DNA of 43,922 nucleotides from Actinomycetota bacterium (GTDB taxonomy: Bacteria > Actinomycetota > Actinomycetes > S36-B12), in NCBI GenBank assembly GCA_009700485.1, contig WLLZ01000003.1, positions 1-43,922 of the forward strand, given 5' to 3'. The position numbers and the translations under genes are program-made. Shown one piece after another: positions 35,251 to 43,922 of this stretch; position 1 is the first letter of the stretch; every line of letters begins with the position of its first letter. The notes beneath the pieces were generated by a model, which saw only the letters and a program-made list of their open reading frames with translations, did not search any database and was not told the DNA's origin.

Positions 35251-37182
35251 CTACAAGCCCAGTAATGCGGCCTGATGATCAAAATCATCAACTTGTCGGC
35301 GCACCTCTTCGAAAGTGCCTCGAGCTTCAATCCTGCCGTCCTTTAGAAATATCAGTTGGTCAGCTCGCCGGACAGTTGCAAGTCGGTGGGCCACCGTCAA
35401 GGTTGTTACCTCTCCTTCAAGTTCATCAAGCGTTTTTATGATCGACTGCTCAGTTTCTGAATCCAGAGCGCTCGTGGCCTCGTCAAGGACAAGAAGTTTT
35501 GGTCTTGTATACAGAGCACGCGCGATCCCAAGCCTCTGACGTTGCCCGCCACTTAGTCGAAAACCGCGCTCCCCGATAAACGTATCGAGCCCCTCGCGAC
35601 TATCTGTTAAAAAGTCAGCAATGTGAGCACGTCGAAGGGCTTCCCAGACCAATTCATCGTCAATATCTTCATCAGGTAATCCCAAAGCAACATTCTCCCG
35701 GACAGTGCCGGCCACAAGCGCCACACTTTGCGGCACATAGGCGATCGCACCGGGCCATCGGTCAATCGCCTCCCTGGGGGCAAGACCGCTTATCAAAACT
35801 GAACCCTCGTCAGGATCAAGGACACCTAGAACCACGTCAGCAAGCGTCGACTTACCGGCACCCGTGGAGCCAACAAGGGCAACAGATGAACCTTCCTTTG
35901 CTTGGAAAGAAGCATTAATCAGGGCTGGCTCCGGCGCATCTGAGTAAGTGAGAGTCACACCTTGTACCTTGATCGATGCTTCGAAATCCGGGAAGCCACG
36001 AATGATGTGTTCCCTAATCCGTTGCGAGGTCATTCTGGGCGTCTGGGGACTCGGATCAGATTTATTCAAGCGATTAAGAAAATCAGCCATGAAGAATGTT
36101 GGTTGGGCTTGAACTGCTGCATTGCGAATCGTGATTCCCGCACCTTGTAGCCTCAGCATTGAAGGAATGACCCGAGAACCTGCTGCTAGGAAAACGGCCA
36201 CGGTCGAAGCCGCTGCAGCCCAGTCTTTCGTTAGGAATTGCACTACTCCAAGAATCAACACCCCTAGGTAAAGCGCCGACTCAAGAACATACTTTGGGAT
36301 TTCCATAATGAAAGCATTAGATGCGCTAGCCGTCGCAGCCCTACCGACCAAGCCTTCATATCTTGTTACGTAAAGATCGCGCCTATTTAGAACCATGGTT
36401 TCACGGTAAGTGGAGAGCGCTTCGGATACTGCCGTCAAAGTATTGATCGAAGTATCAGTCATAACTTTAGCGTTGCGAGCAGACCATGAACCAAGAATAC
36501 GATGCAAGAAAGCCACAATACTGGCGAAGAAAACCGCACTAACTAGAGTCAGAACAGGATCGTATATGAAGAGCGAAACACCAACAATTATGAATAAGAA
36601 CGACTCAGAAGCAATCATGATTGCTGAACCCAAAAGCGAAACGGTCGCAGCTCCCGCTCCGTTGTTGAGAGCGTAGGTAGCTTCAGAAGTAGTCCATCGC
36701 AACACATCTGCAAGTGGTCTCCGCAAGAATGCCCTCGCCAATTTGACTGATACGTCAGCTTGCCTATTTGCCAGAAATATCGTGATGCGTCTCGACATAA
36801 ATGCTGACAACACGGTCTTCAGGACCAATATCGTCACAGCCGCCAAAGCTAGGTAGACAGTAAGTTGCGAAACAGTTAGCCCACTCAAACCCATTGCAGC
36901 GAGAATTGATTCCGCCCACACTGGAATAGTGCCTTTGGCGCCGATACCAGAAACCGCCACGGCAGCGACTAATCCGATCAAAGCGATTCCCAAGAGGTCA
37001 AGAAGGCCCAGCGAGATTTGAACTAGAGCGGCGACTATCAAAAGCCGTCGCTTCTTGGGGGGCAGCAAATCAACCGCTTGGCGAACTGCCGATGCAACGC
37101 CAGGGTTTTCGAAAGCAGTGACTCCTAGGCTGCCACTTGGATCATCAGGCTCCATCACACTCGAGGAGTCGGCGCTGGTCAC
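35251..37182 (-). CDS. ABC half-transporter (TMD + NBD), Wzk/PglK-like lipid-linked glycan flippase candidate
   Basis: N-terminal TM segments; Walker A GSTGAGKS, signature LSGGQ, Walker B 'LVLDEATSALD', 'VAHRL'. Confidence 0.88.
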   Translation of the reverse strand: MTSADSSSVMEPDDPSGSLGVTAFENPGVASAVRQAVDLLPPKKRRLLIVAALVQISLGLLDLLGIALIGLVAAVAVSGIGAKGTIPVWAESILAAMGLSGLTVSQLTVYLALAAVTILVLKTVLSAFMSRRITIFLANRQADVSVKLARAFLRRPLADVLRWTTSEATYALNNGAGAATVSLLGSAIMIASESFLFIIVGVSLFIYDPVLTLVSAVFFASIVAFLHRILGSWSARNAKVMTDTSINTLTAVSEALSTYRETMVLNRRDLYVTRYEGLVGRAATASASNAFIMEIPKYVLESALYLGVLILGVVQFLTKDWAAAASTVAVFLAAGSRVIPSMLRLQGAGITIRNAAVQAQPTFFMADFLNRLNKSDPSPQTPRMTSQRIREHIIRGFPDFEASIKVQGVTLTYSDAPEPALINASFQAKEGSSVALVGSTGAGKSTLADVVLGVLDPDEGSVLISGLAPREAIDRWPGAIAYVPQSVALVAGTVRENVALGLPDEDIDDELVWEALRRAHIADFLTDSREGLDTFIGERGFRLSGGQRQRLGIARALYTRPKLLVLDEATSALDSETEQSIIKTLDELEGEVTTLTVAHRLATVRRADQLIFLKDGRIEARGTFEEVRRQVDDFDHQAALLGL

Positions 37183-37188
37183 CCACCC

Positions 37189-37194
37189 AGCCTA
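37189..37194 (-). promoter_or_regulatory. putative -10 box (TAGGCT) of a leaderless transcript
   Basis: Minus strand reads TAGGCT-gggtgg-GTG(37182). Confidence 0.55.
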
Positions 37195-37318
37195 CTTTCA
37201 CCTAAGGCCTTGAGATCTCACGGCACAATGAAAGCAACCCTTGTCACGGTAGGCTGTGGCCAGAGCCGCAGAGTGAAATCGCCGAATAGCCCAACCCCAC
37301 GTAACAGGGAGTTCGACA

Positions 37319-38179
37319 GTGCAACCTCAAAGCGTCGTCCTCTCGTGGGGGCCTCCGCGCATGGGCACCACCTGGATGTTCAACGTGCTCAGCGAGATGC
37401 TGGTTCTTGCAGAAGTCAAGGCGGCCGTTGTCGCCGACCAGGTGCCTGATCCATCGCCTAATTGGGCTGGCCCAATCATCTTGAAATCCCACCGCGCTGA
37501 TGACCCTGCTTTGATTTCGAATTTCGACGGCAAAATGGATCTCCTTGCTTGCGTAATGCTACGCGACGCTAAGGCTACTTTCAGATCTTTGATCCGAACG
37601 CAAACAGCAGATCGTGCCGAGCTAATCAGCTGGCTTGAAGCTGATGTCACGTCCTATGAAATTGCACTTCCAATAATGCGGAATGTTGTGGTTTGTCGTG
37701 AGGAGTGGATTGCCGCTCAATCATTTGAGGTAATCACCAAACTTACTGATTTTCTTGATCTCAGCCTAGATGCTGCACAGTGTCAGTCTATTGCTCAGAA
37801 ATTTAGTCGCGAAATTGTTAAAAGTGTCGTTGCTCAGCTTGACGAAAAACAAAGTTGGTCCGGTGACTTCAAGAATTTCGATCATAACTCTCAGTGGCAT
37901 GCCGGGCACATCGGACCAGATGACCAATCTGACGTTGAGTTGTCCCCTGCTGAAGCACAACGCCTAGATCTTCTCCAGATCAGGATTGACGCATTGACCG
38001 AGAGCTTCACGCTATGGTCTTGTGTTCGCGGCACCCGCGGGACTAAACCTTTCGGCATTCCCGCAGTGAGCTTTGCTTCCGCGCGTTCTGCTAGTGCACA
38101 ATCTCCTAAATACGGCCTATTCACACGAGTACGAAAGGCTATTCAGACCCTAGCCACGTCAGTGACGAAACCTAAGTAG
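37319..38179 (+). CDS. sulfotransferase-fold protein
   Basis: 5'-PSB-like 'GPPRMGTTWM', 'LKSH', 3'-PB-like R-x7-S 'RDAKATFRS'; AGGGAG SD. Confidence 0.6.
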   Translation: MQPQSVVLSWGPPRMGTTWMFNVLSEMLVLAEVKAAVVADQVPDPSPNWAGPIILKSHRADDPALISNFDGKMDLLACVMLRDAKATFRSLIRTQTADRAELISWLEADVTSYEIALPIMRNVVVCREEWIAAQSFEVITKLTDFLDLSLDAAQCQSIAQKFSREIVKSVVAQLDEKQSWSGDFKNFDHNSQWHAGHIGPDDQSDVELSPAEAQRLDLLQIRIDALTESFTLWSCVRGTRGTKPFGIPAVSFASARSASAQSPKYGLFTRVRKAIQTLATSVTKPK

Positions 38180-38182
38180 GCG

Positions 38183-38836
38183 ATGACTTTCATGAGCTTT
38201 CGCAATCGCAGAGCCTTAAAGGCCCTGCGCACCTGTACGCACCTTATGGTCGTTGCCCATCCAGATGACGAGACTCTTTGGGGTGGTGTCCAACTCGCCG
38301 AAGGGAATAACTGGGGCGTTATTTGTTCCACCAATGGGAAAAACCGAGCACGCGCGAACGCATTCGTTAAGGCGATGAAGATTCTCGGATGCTGCGGAAT
38401 CATGCTTGATGTTGCCGATCGCCGCGAGCACCCGCCCACCAACGATGACTTAGAGGAACTAGCCGCATTCATCGGGCCTCTGATAAATGGTCCTGGCGTA
38501 GTGCAAGTTGTAACTCACGGACCAGATGGCGAATACGGACACCCTATGCATATCGCAATTTCCGAGCTGGTCACGAGACTGATGAGAAATGTCGATTCTC
38601 TGTATTACTTCAATTTCTCAGAAACACAAGATGCTCGTGTGCTTAAGCCGCGAGCATGGAACCTTAAAGAGTCTGCAATCGTCAGATACCTCGGCCAGCC
38701 AAGTGAAATGGTCGACTCTGACCGACGGCATTATTTGCTTTCAATGCATGAGGCTCCAGTTCAAGTGGCCGACTACGTTCGCCCCAAAGCCCTACTCCGC
38801 GCTATCTACGCAGGATCCGAGGTAACAATCACGTGA
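38183..38836 (+). CDS. PIG-L/LmbE family de-N-acetylase
   Basis: 'VAHPDDETL', 'VTHGPDGEYGHPMH'. Confidence 0.85.
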   Translation: MTFMSFRNRRALKALRTCTHLMVVAHPDDETLWGGVQLAEGNNWGVICSTNGKNRARANAFVKAMKILGCCGIMLDVADRREHPPTNDDLEELAAFIGPLINGPGVVQVVTHGPDGEYGHPMHIAISELVTRLMRNVDSLYYFNFSETQDARVLKPRAWNLKESAIVRYLGQPSEMVDSDRRHYLLSMHEAPVQVADYVRPKALLRAIYAGSEVTIT

Positions 38837-39666
38837 ACTCGCTCAAACGATTGCTGCCGGCAAAGAGGCGGCCGAAGAAGGCTCGGGTTTTGCTTGTCCC
38901 TGATCAATGGAGTGGTTCTGTGCAGGAGTATTACCACTTCATCCTCGGCTACCTATCGCCCGTAATGCTCTGGATAGATCGCAACCCCGGAAAGCCACTT
39001 GCGATGCGCGACTGTGGGCCGATGAATCCTTGGCTCGACCTTCTTCTCCACAGGTCAGATTTACAGATCATGACTCCTGGAGACATGCTGCACCTGTTCG
39101 CCGGGAAATACAACAAGGCCGCCGTACTCGCTGGCATGGACGACCCAAAAAACTTCAATACAAAAGAATTAGCTCGCTTTCGCCAGTTGGTATTCAACGC
39201 GGTAAACCTCCCACCTGTCACAGACAATTTCGCTATTACCGTGGTAGATAGGCTGACAAGCGGGGCTTTCAATTCAACCTCAGCCGCTGAAGTACCGGCG
39301 TCTGGTGCAGCAGTGCGATCCACTCCAAACCTGAGTTCTGTCATGAGTGGTTACCGTACGGAGCGATCCCTGCGGATCATTGACGCCGCAGAACTTTCGG
39401 TAACTGATCAATTGGCCATGTTTGGCATGACAAATATTCTCGTCGCGCAGCATGGGGCTGGGTTAACAAACATGATCTGGATGCCTAGGGGAGGGCGTGT
39501 CGTCGAGATAATGCCCCCGCTGCCTGACTATGTCTCACCAATCTTTGCGAACCTCGCAGCAGCCTGCGGCCACACACATCAAGTTGTCAGACAGGAATCA
39601 GAACATGCCCCCGTAGATGCATCGCTGCTGCTGCAAGCCGTTACGTTGGCCGAACATTCACCTTAA
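38833..39666 (+). CDS. glycosyltransferase family 61 (DUF563)
   Basis: 'YYHFI', 'LSVTDQLAMF', 'AQHGAGLTNMIWM', 'VVEIMP'. Confidence 0.82.
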   Translation: MNSLKRLLPAKRRPKKARVLLVPDQWSGSVQEYYHFILGYLSPVMLWIDRNPGKPLAMRDCGPMNPWLDLLLHRSDLQIMTPGDMLHLFAGKYNKAAVLAGMDDPKNFNTKELARFRQLVFNAVNLPPVTDNFAITVVDRLTSGAFNSTSAAEVPASGAAVRSTPNLSSVMSGYRTERSLRIIDAAELSVTDQLAMFGMTNILVAQHGAGLTNMIWMPRGGRVVEIMPPLPDYVSPIFANLAAACGHTHQVVRQESEHAPVDASLLLQAVTLAEHSP

Positions 39667-41321
39667 GGAATGCAGACCCCGCCTCTACCGATCGTATGTC
39701 CATCCCGTGAAATCGAGAACTTCTCAGTGCACTCATAATCGGGGAAGGGAAAGTCAAACCGCTCAAACCAGTAGTAGCCGAATGGCTCACCCGCTACCGG
39801 GCTAAATCCTGGATCCGCGTTGACAATGCTGCTATCTGGGGGCCCGAAAGTCTGCCCCCCATACGGTCGCCCCGGCTCACCGTGCGGAACCACCACAATC
39901 GGTGCGATGCCCAAGTTCTTTAGCTGCTCGATCCCCTCGCGAGCGCTAACTCCCCAGTAGTCGAGATCCCAATTACGTTCAGCGTGGTTCTGCCCAGCGA
40001 TGGGGTTAATGAATGCATACGCATATGGGTACCAGCGCGCAACCCCCCAAAGACTCGCCAATACAACCAACATCCCAATCGAGATCGCGGTAACTCGTCC
40101 TGAAACTCTAATTCGGCCCCGGAACAAAGGAGTATTCCGGCGCTCAAACCAGACAATCGGAAAAGCACACAGAACGATAACGGGCGGTGCCACAAAAAGT
40201 AGATGACGGACACCATCATAAAGTTGGACATGAGCAAAAATCATCGCGACCGGTATGCCGAAACCCTGCACCGCAAAGGGCGTAATAGCTAGCAATTCTT
40301 GGCGATTTAGTGCAGCTGGGGTCGATGAACGCCGCTTGCGAAAGGTCGCCATTAGAACAACAATTAATCCCAGCACAGCCAGGAGGATCAAAAGCACAGG
40401 CATTTGGGCCAATAGCCAAATCGGTATGTACCACCATGGGATCTCATTACTAGGCACGTCCACACCGTTTGTACGCATCAACACAACCCACGTGAACTGC
40501 CCACGTGAATACAGCAAGGAGTCGTACAGCCAGTGCAGAAGGGAGATCCGCGCTATCGGATCAGTGACCCAACAAAACGCCATCGCAAACGGGACAGCGA
40601 CCGCGGATGTGATCGCTGGCGCGATCAGGCGTTTGGGATCGCGGAGCCAATACTGCGCAACTATGAGCACCAAACTGAAACCAATGACCACCGCCACTAG
40701 CAGCACGAAGGATCCAGCCCTTGTCGCTAACGCCATCGCAGCACCAATGGATGCAACCAGAGTTCCGAGGATTACCCCGCGTTTTGAACCAAGCCGCCCG
40801 GATCCTTCTCGATCAGCCCAACTAATCACCAGGCCCGAACTAAGCATTGTCAACCCAGCCGCAACAGGAATATCGCGATTGTTCACATGGCTCATACCAA
40901 GCCACCATGGATAAGTCTGCAAGGCGGCCCAAGTAAATGCCCCGGCTAAATTTGACCGAAGAGCAAAGCTGACCGCCATGCCCATGGACGCAGCCGCTAC
41001 GGCCGACATCGCGATATTGACCGCTCCAAGCCACACATACGTCTTTGGATCATATGGGGTTAAAGGCAGCGTCGAGCCCGTAAACGCGGTGTGAAGGAGG
41101 TCAGCTAGTTGGTCAGCCAAAATTCCATAAAACTCATTAGTGTTCGGGACGGATTCATACGCCGCCTGAAGCGACATGGACGGGTCAACGGCGCGTGCGA
41201 ATGACGAAGCTTGAGTTACGAACGTGGCGTCCCAGCCGATACCTGCGATGAAAAGTGCGACCGAAGAAAGCGCCACGCCAATAGCTCCCAGAGCGACAAA
41301 GACCCATATCGCCCATTTCAC
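39663..41321 (-). CDS. polytopic membrane glycosyltransferase-like protein (GT-C, PMT/ArnT-like)
   Basis: Many TM segments; 'IGWD' after TM1, 'HVNNRDIPVA', 'ALATR', 'PWWYIPIW', 'LYDGVRHLLF', 'LDYWG'; start reassigned to GTG 41321. Confidence 0.65.
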   Translation of the reverse strand: MKWAIWVFVALGAIGVALSSVALFIAGIGWDATFVTQASSFARAVDPSMSLQAAYESVPNTNEFYGILADQLADLLHTAFTGSTLPLTPYDPKTYVWLGAVNIAMSAVAAASMGMAVSFALRSNLAGAFTWAALQTYPWWLGMSHVNNRDIPVAAGLTMLSSGLVISWADREGSGRLGSKRGVILGTLVASIGAAMALATRAGSFVLLVAVVIGFSLVLIVAQYWLRDPKRLIAPAITSAVAVPFAMAFCWVTDPIARISLLHWLYDSLLYSRGQFTWVVLMRTNGVDVPSNEIPWWYIPIWLLAQMPVLLILLAVLGLIVVLMATFRKRRSSTPAALNRQELLAITPFAVQGFGIPVAMIFAHVQLYDGVRHLLFVAPPVIVLCAFPIVWFERRNTPLFRGRIRVSGRVTAISIGMLVVLASLWGVARWYPYAYAFINPIAGQNHAERNWDLDYWGVSAREGIEQLKNLGIAPIVVVPHGEPGRPYGGQTFGPPDSSIVNADPGFSPVAGEPFGYYWFERFDFPFPDYECTEKFSISRDGHTIGRGGVCIP

Positions 41322-41327
41322 CCCTTG

Positions 41328-41333
41328 ATGATA
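41328..41333 (-). promoter_or_regulatory. putative -10 box (TATCAT) of a leaderless transcript
   Basis: Minus strand reads TATCAT-caaggg-GTG(41321). Confidence 0.5.
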
Positions 41334-41585
41334 TCCAGGTGAAGAAGAATTGCGACGCTCACAGCGAATTGTTCCCCGGGTCGTTTTAGACACCAGCTCT
41401 TGATCAGTTGCAGTGGTATCGACCCTTTGTGGCTCACCCGAGCCTTGGCTCTGAGAGCGCTAACCCTTGAACGAGGGGTCCCACCATAAAAGGCAGCGTT
41501 TAATGCATCAAAACCACATCTGAAACGACTAGCCTCGACCGGTGATGACAAATCAATGTTCGCAATTTGCCAACGGGTGCATCGC

Positions 41586-42470
41586 GTGAGGTCCATATTT
41601 ATCGGCCTTGTGAGCCACAAGAAATCTAAGTTCGCTTATAACCAAGGCCATGATGGTCTCGCGAACACCTTGAAAGTGGCCCTAGTCGAGAAGGGCTTGG
41701 ACGTTCACGTTCAGATAAATACCAGCGATGAGTACTCACCAAACATGCTCCAGATAGACGGCAAGATCGCGTGGGCCTCGGTTTCCGAAACTCTTAAGAT
41801 TGAAGATCAGTGGGGTAAATACTTAAGACATGGGGCTTCGCAACCCAGTACCGCACTAGTTAATTCATTCAGGTCAATATCGCGCCGGTTATGGGCTTTC
41901 ATCCGCTACTGGCGGCCATGGCTTTCTTCCGATTCAACTGCTTCGCCAGGAATTAGCCTGGTGCGTCGGCTACTGAACATTGAGCTGTCGCACGTGCGCC
42001 TGATGCGTGAAGGGATTCGACTCGACACCGATTGGACACTAATCATCGAGGATGATGCTTCTACCCTTGACCTCGTTGACTGTAGAGACGGACTGCTAGG
42101 AATAATCAATGCCTCCTTTGGAGAACGAGGCCCCGCCTATGTCAATATCTCTGAATCATTCACACCTGCACAACTCGGTGTTGATCACCTACTCACGGCC
42201 TCCTCCGGCTCTACTTGGGCAGGATCAGCGTCTCGAGTTATTGCATTATCTATTCGACCCGTCACAAACACTGTTTGCGCGATTCTCTATCGCACCACTT
42301 TTCTAAAAGACCTCTTGACCTACATGGACTCCTTGCCCTTGAGTCCAGTCGTACCCATCGACTGGAAATTGAATGCGGCATTGATGGCGATGACCGCAGA
42401 CGGGAGAATTGGCACGGGTGACTGTTGGACAGTCACGCCTGGGCCAATCGACCAACTCTCAATGCGATAA
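41586..42470 (+). CDS. GT25-like glycosyltransferase candidate
   Basis: 'LSHVRLM', 'LIIEDDA', 'TVCAILY', 'PIDW' follow GT25 motif order; start uncertain (41556-41586). Confidence 0.55.
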   Translation: MRSIFIGLVSHKKSKFAYNQGHDGLANTLKVALVEKGLDVHVQINTSDEYSPNMLQIDGKIAWASVSETLKIEDQWGKYLRHGASQPSTALVNSFRSISRRLWAFIRYWRPWLSSDSTASPGISLVRRLLNIELSHVRLMREGIRLDTDWTLIIEDDASTLDLVDCRDGLLGIINASFGERGPAYVNISESFTPAQLGVDHLLTASSGSTWAGSASRVIALSIRPVTNTVCAILYRTTFLKDLLTYMDSLPLSPVVPIDWKLNAALMAMTADGRIGTGDCWTVTPGPIDQLSMR

Positions 42471-42477
42471 TGGCTAG

Positions 42478-43248
42478 GTGACCCAAGCTGAAAGAGCGAT
42501 CAACTACATCGCCGGTCGTTTTGGGCTCCAGGTTTCACGGATATCAAGCGCACAAAATCACCTGCCCATTGAGGCTACCGCTGTCGACACGGCCCTAATT
42601 GCCTCATTGCGGCCCTACACGATGACAAGTGGCGAGCGCCTCTGGAGTTTGCTGAACGCCGTTCGGTATGTAATTGATGAAGGGCTGCCCGGCGACTTTG
42701 CTGAGTGCGGGGTTTGGCGCGGTGGCAGTGTGATGGCAATGGCAAAGCAACTAAGTGCTCTAGGTGTAAATGATCGACGCATTTGGCTTTATGACACCTT
42801 CGCCGGCATGACGGCGCCAACAGCGGCCGATGTCGAGGCGGGCACCGGTGTAACAGCCGAGACCATGCTGGCGGGCACCGAAGTAGGTGACGGAAACAAC
42901 GTGTGGTGCGTGGCCGGGCTGAGTGATGTGCAGGCCAATGTTCGGTCAACCGGCTACCCATTCGATCAATTTACTTTCGTGGAAGGCGATGTTGCGGTCA
43001 CCTTGAAGCAGTCGGTGCCTGAGTCGATCTCGCTGCTACGCCTTGACACCGACTGGTATGAATCAACCAAGTTGGGGCTCGAGATTCTTTATCCACGTTT
43101 AGTAGTGGGCGGGGTTTGCATTCTCGATGACTATGGGCACTGGCAGGGTGCACGCACGGCGGTCGATGAGTACTTCGCCGCCACCGGCCACCGGCCGTTC
43201 ATGCATCCAATCGACTACTCCGGCCGCGTCTTCATCAAGACCCGCTAA
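42478..43248 (+). CDS. TylF/MycF/NovP family O-methyltransferase
   Basis: 'GDFAECGVWRGGS', 'LYDTFAGM', 'LLRLDTDWYEST', 'DDYGHWQGARTAVDEYF'. Confidence 0.92.
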   Translation: MTQAERAINYIAGRFGLQVSRISSAQNHLPIEATAVDTALIASLRPYTMTSGERLWSLLNAVRYVIDEGLPGDFAECGVWRGGSVMAMAKQLSALGVNDRRIWLYDTFAGMTAPTAADVEAGTGVTAETMLAGTEVGDGNNVWCVAGLSDVQANVRSTGYPFDQFTFVEGDVAVTLKQSVPESISLLRLDTDWYESTKLGLEILYPRLVVGGVCILDDYGHWQGARTAVDEYFAATGHRPFMHPIDYSGRVFIKTR

Positions 43249-43259
43249 CCGCTATCAAG

Positions 43260-43922
43260 ATGACCTCTCCTATCTGGCTAACCATCATCACGGTAGTCAA
43301 GGATGCGCCAGAAGATTTTGCACGCACTATTGATTCAATTTTGCATCAAGACCTTACCGGGGTTGAGTATTTAGTCATCGATGGTTCGTCAAACCGCACT
43401 TCTATCCCCGAAGCCCTCGCAAAGTATCCAGCTATCGATGCTGGGTACTCGTGGGTTGAGCCCGCAGGTATTTATCCGGCGATGAACGCCGGGCTCGCGC
43501 AGGCCACCGGTGATTACGTTTATTTCGCCAATGCTGGGGACACGTTCTATACCGTCGATGTGCTGAGCAAGGTGCACGCGGTGATTGCCTCGACTTCCCC
43601 TAGCTGGTTGTTCGGTGACGCCGAGATCCTCGAACTTTCTGGGGCGAAGGTCATAACTCCGCGCTGGGATTACTTGGGTGAGAAGTCAGTTTCATTTAGT
43701 CGTGGGCACTTCCCGTGCCACCAAGCAACGTTTGTGCACCGCGAAACCCTTCTTAGGCAAGGTGGATTCGATAACACTTATTCAATTGTCGCTGACTACG
43801 CCGCCTTCTTGAAACTGACTTTAATAGCTGATCCGATTTACCTCGATTTCGTAATTGCCACCTTTACCGAAGGCGGTATCTCAACGACCAAATGGCGGGA
43901 GTCATTTAGCCAGTTCCATCGA
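43260..43922 (+). CDS. glycosyltransferase family 2 (WcaE-like), 3'-truncated; absent from the ORF track
   Basis: Hand translation: MTSPIWLTIITVVKD...YLVIDGSS...GIYPAMNAGL...YFANAGD...PCHQA...ADY; open to the window end. Confidence 0.85.
   Translation, partial: MTSPIWLTIITVVKDAPEDFARTIDSILHQDLTGVEYLVIDGSSNRTSIPEALAKYPAIDAGYSWVEPAGIYPAMNAGLAQATGDYVYFANAGDTFYTVDVLSKVHAVIASTSPSWLFGDAEILELSGAKVITPRWDYLGEKSVSFSRGHFPCHQATFVHRETLLRQGGFDNTYSIVADYAAFLKLTLIADPIYLDFVIATFTEGGISTTKWRESFSQFHR

Noticed and set aside
40255-40914. 219-aa plus-strand ORF
   Set aside because: Antisense to the membrane GT; typical shadow ORF
1-43922. CRISPR arrays, IS/transposases, integrases, tRNA/rRNA, defence systems, strong rho-independent terminators
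   Set aside because: No regularly spaced repeats, mobility or nuclease motifs, RNA gene signatures or convincing hairpin + U-tract found by eye; a computational scan was not possible
1-43922. Antibiotic (orthosomycin/aminoglycoside-like) biosynthetic cluster
   Set aside because: No PKS/NRPS, regulator or resistance gene; CMP-ulosonate, LicD, GT-C and flippase content point to a surface glycan

Overview
The whole 43.9 kb window is the interior of one very large, mosaic surface-glycan biosynthesis locus (about 44 CDS; both ends truncated) from a moderately high-GC bacterium. Several -10 boxes (TANNNT) sit 6-7 nt in front of start codons that lack an SD, which suggests leaderless mRNAs and an actinobacterial host (inference). 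Modules: (A, 1-9063) epimerase, methyltransferases, an E1alpha/E1beta pair without E2/E3, an acetolactate-synthase-like ThDP enzyme, SDR, Zn-dehydrogenase and an orphan transferase-like gene, suggesting a branched or chain-extended sugar; (B, 10240-17443) short NeuB-family synthase, GmhA-like isomerase, TIM-barrel epimerase, two SDRs, NeuA-like cytidylyltransferase, class III aminotransferase, VOC protein and methyltransferase, suggesting a non-canonical ulosonic acid made from a sugar phosphate; (C, 17540-26591) methyltransferase-like gene frameshifted at a C10 tract, LIC12162-family protein, LicD/methyltransferase cassette, DegT aminotransferase, GT2 and GT-C-like protein; (D, 26676-34398) pseudaminic-acid-like set (PseB, PseI-like, SpsF/PseF-like) with reductases in place of recognisable PseC/PseH/PseG; (E, 34395-end) ABC flippase-like transporter, sulfotransferase-like + de-N-acetylase + GT61 operon, second GT-C-like protein, GT25-like, TylF methyltransferase and GT2. 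No rRNA, tRNA, CRISPR array or transposase was recognised. All family calls come from motifs read by eye, not database searches.
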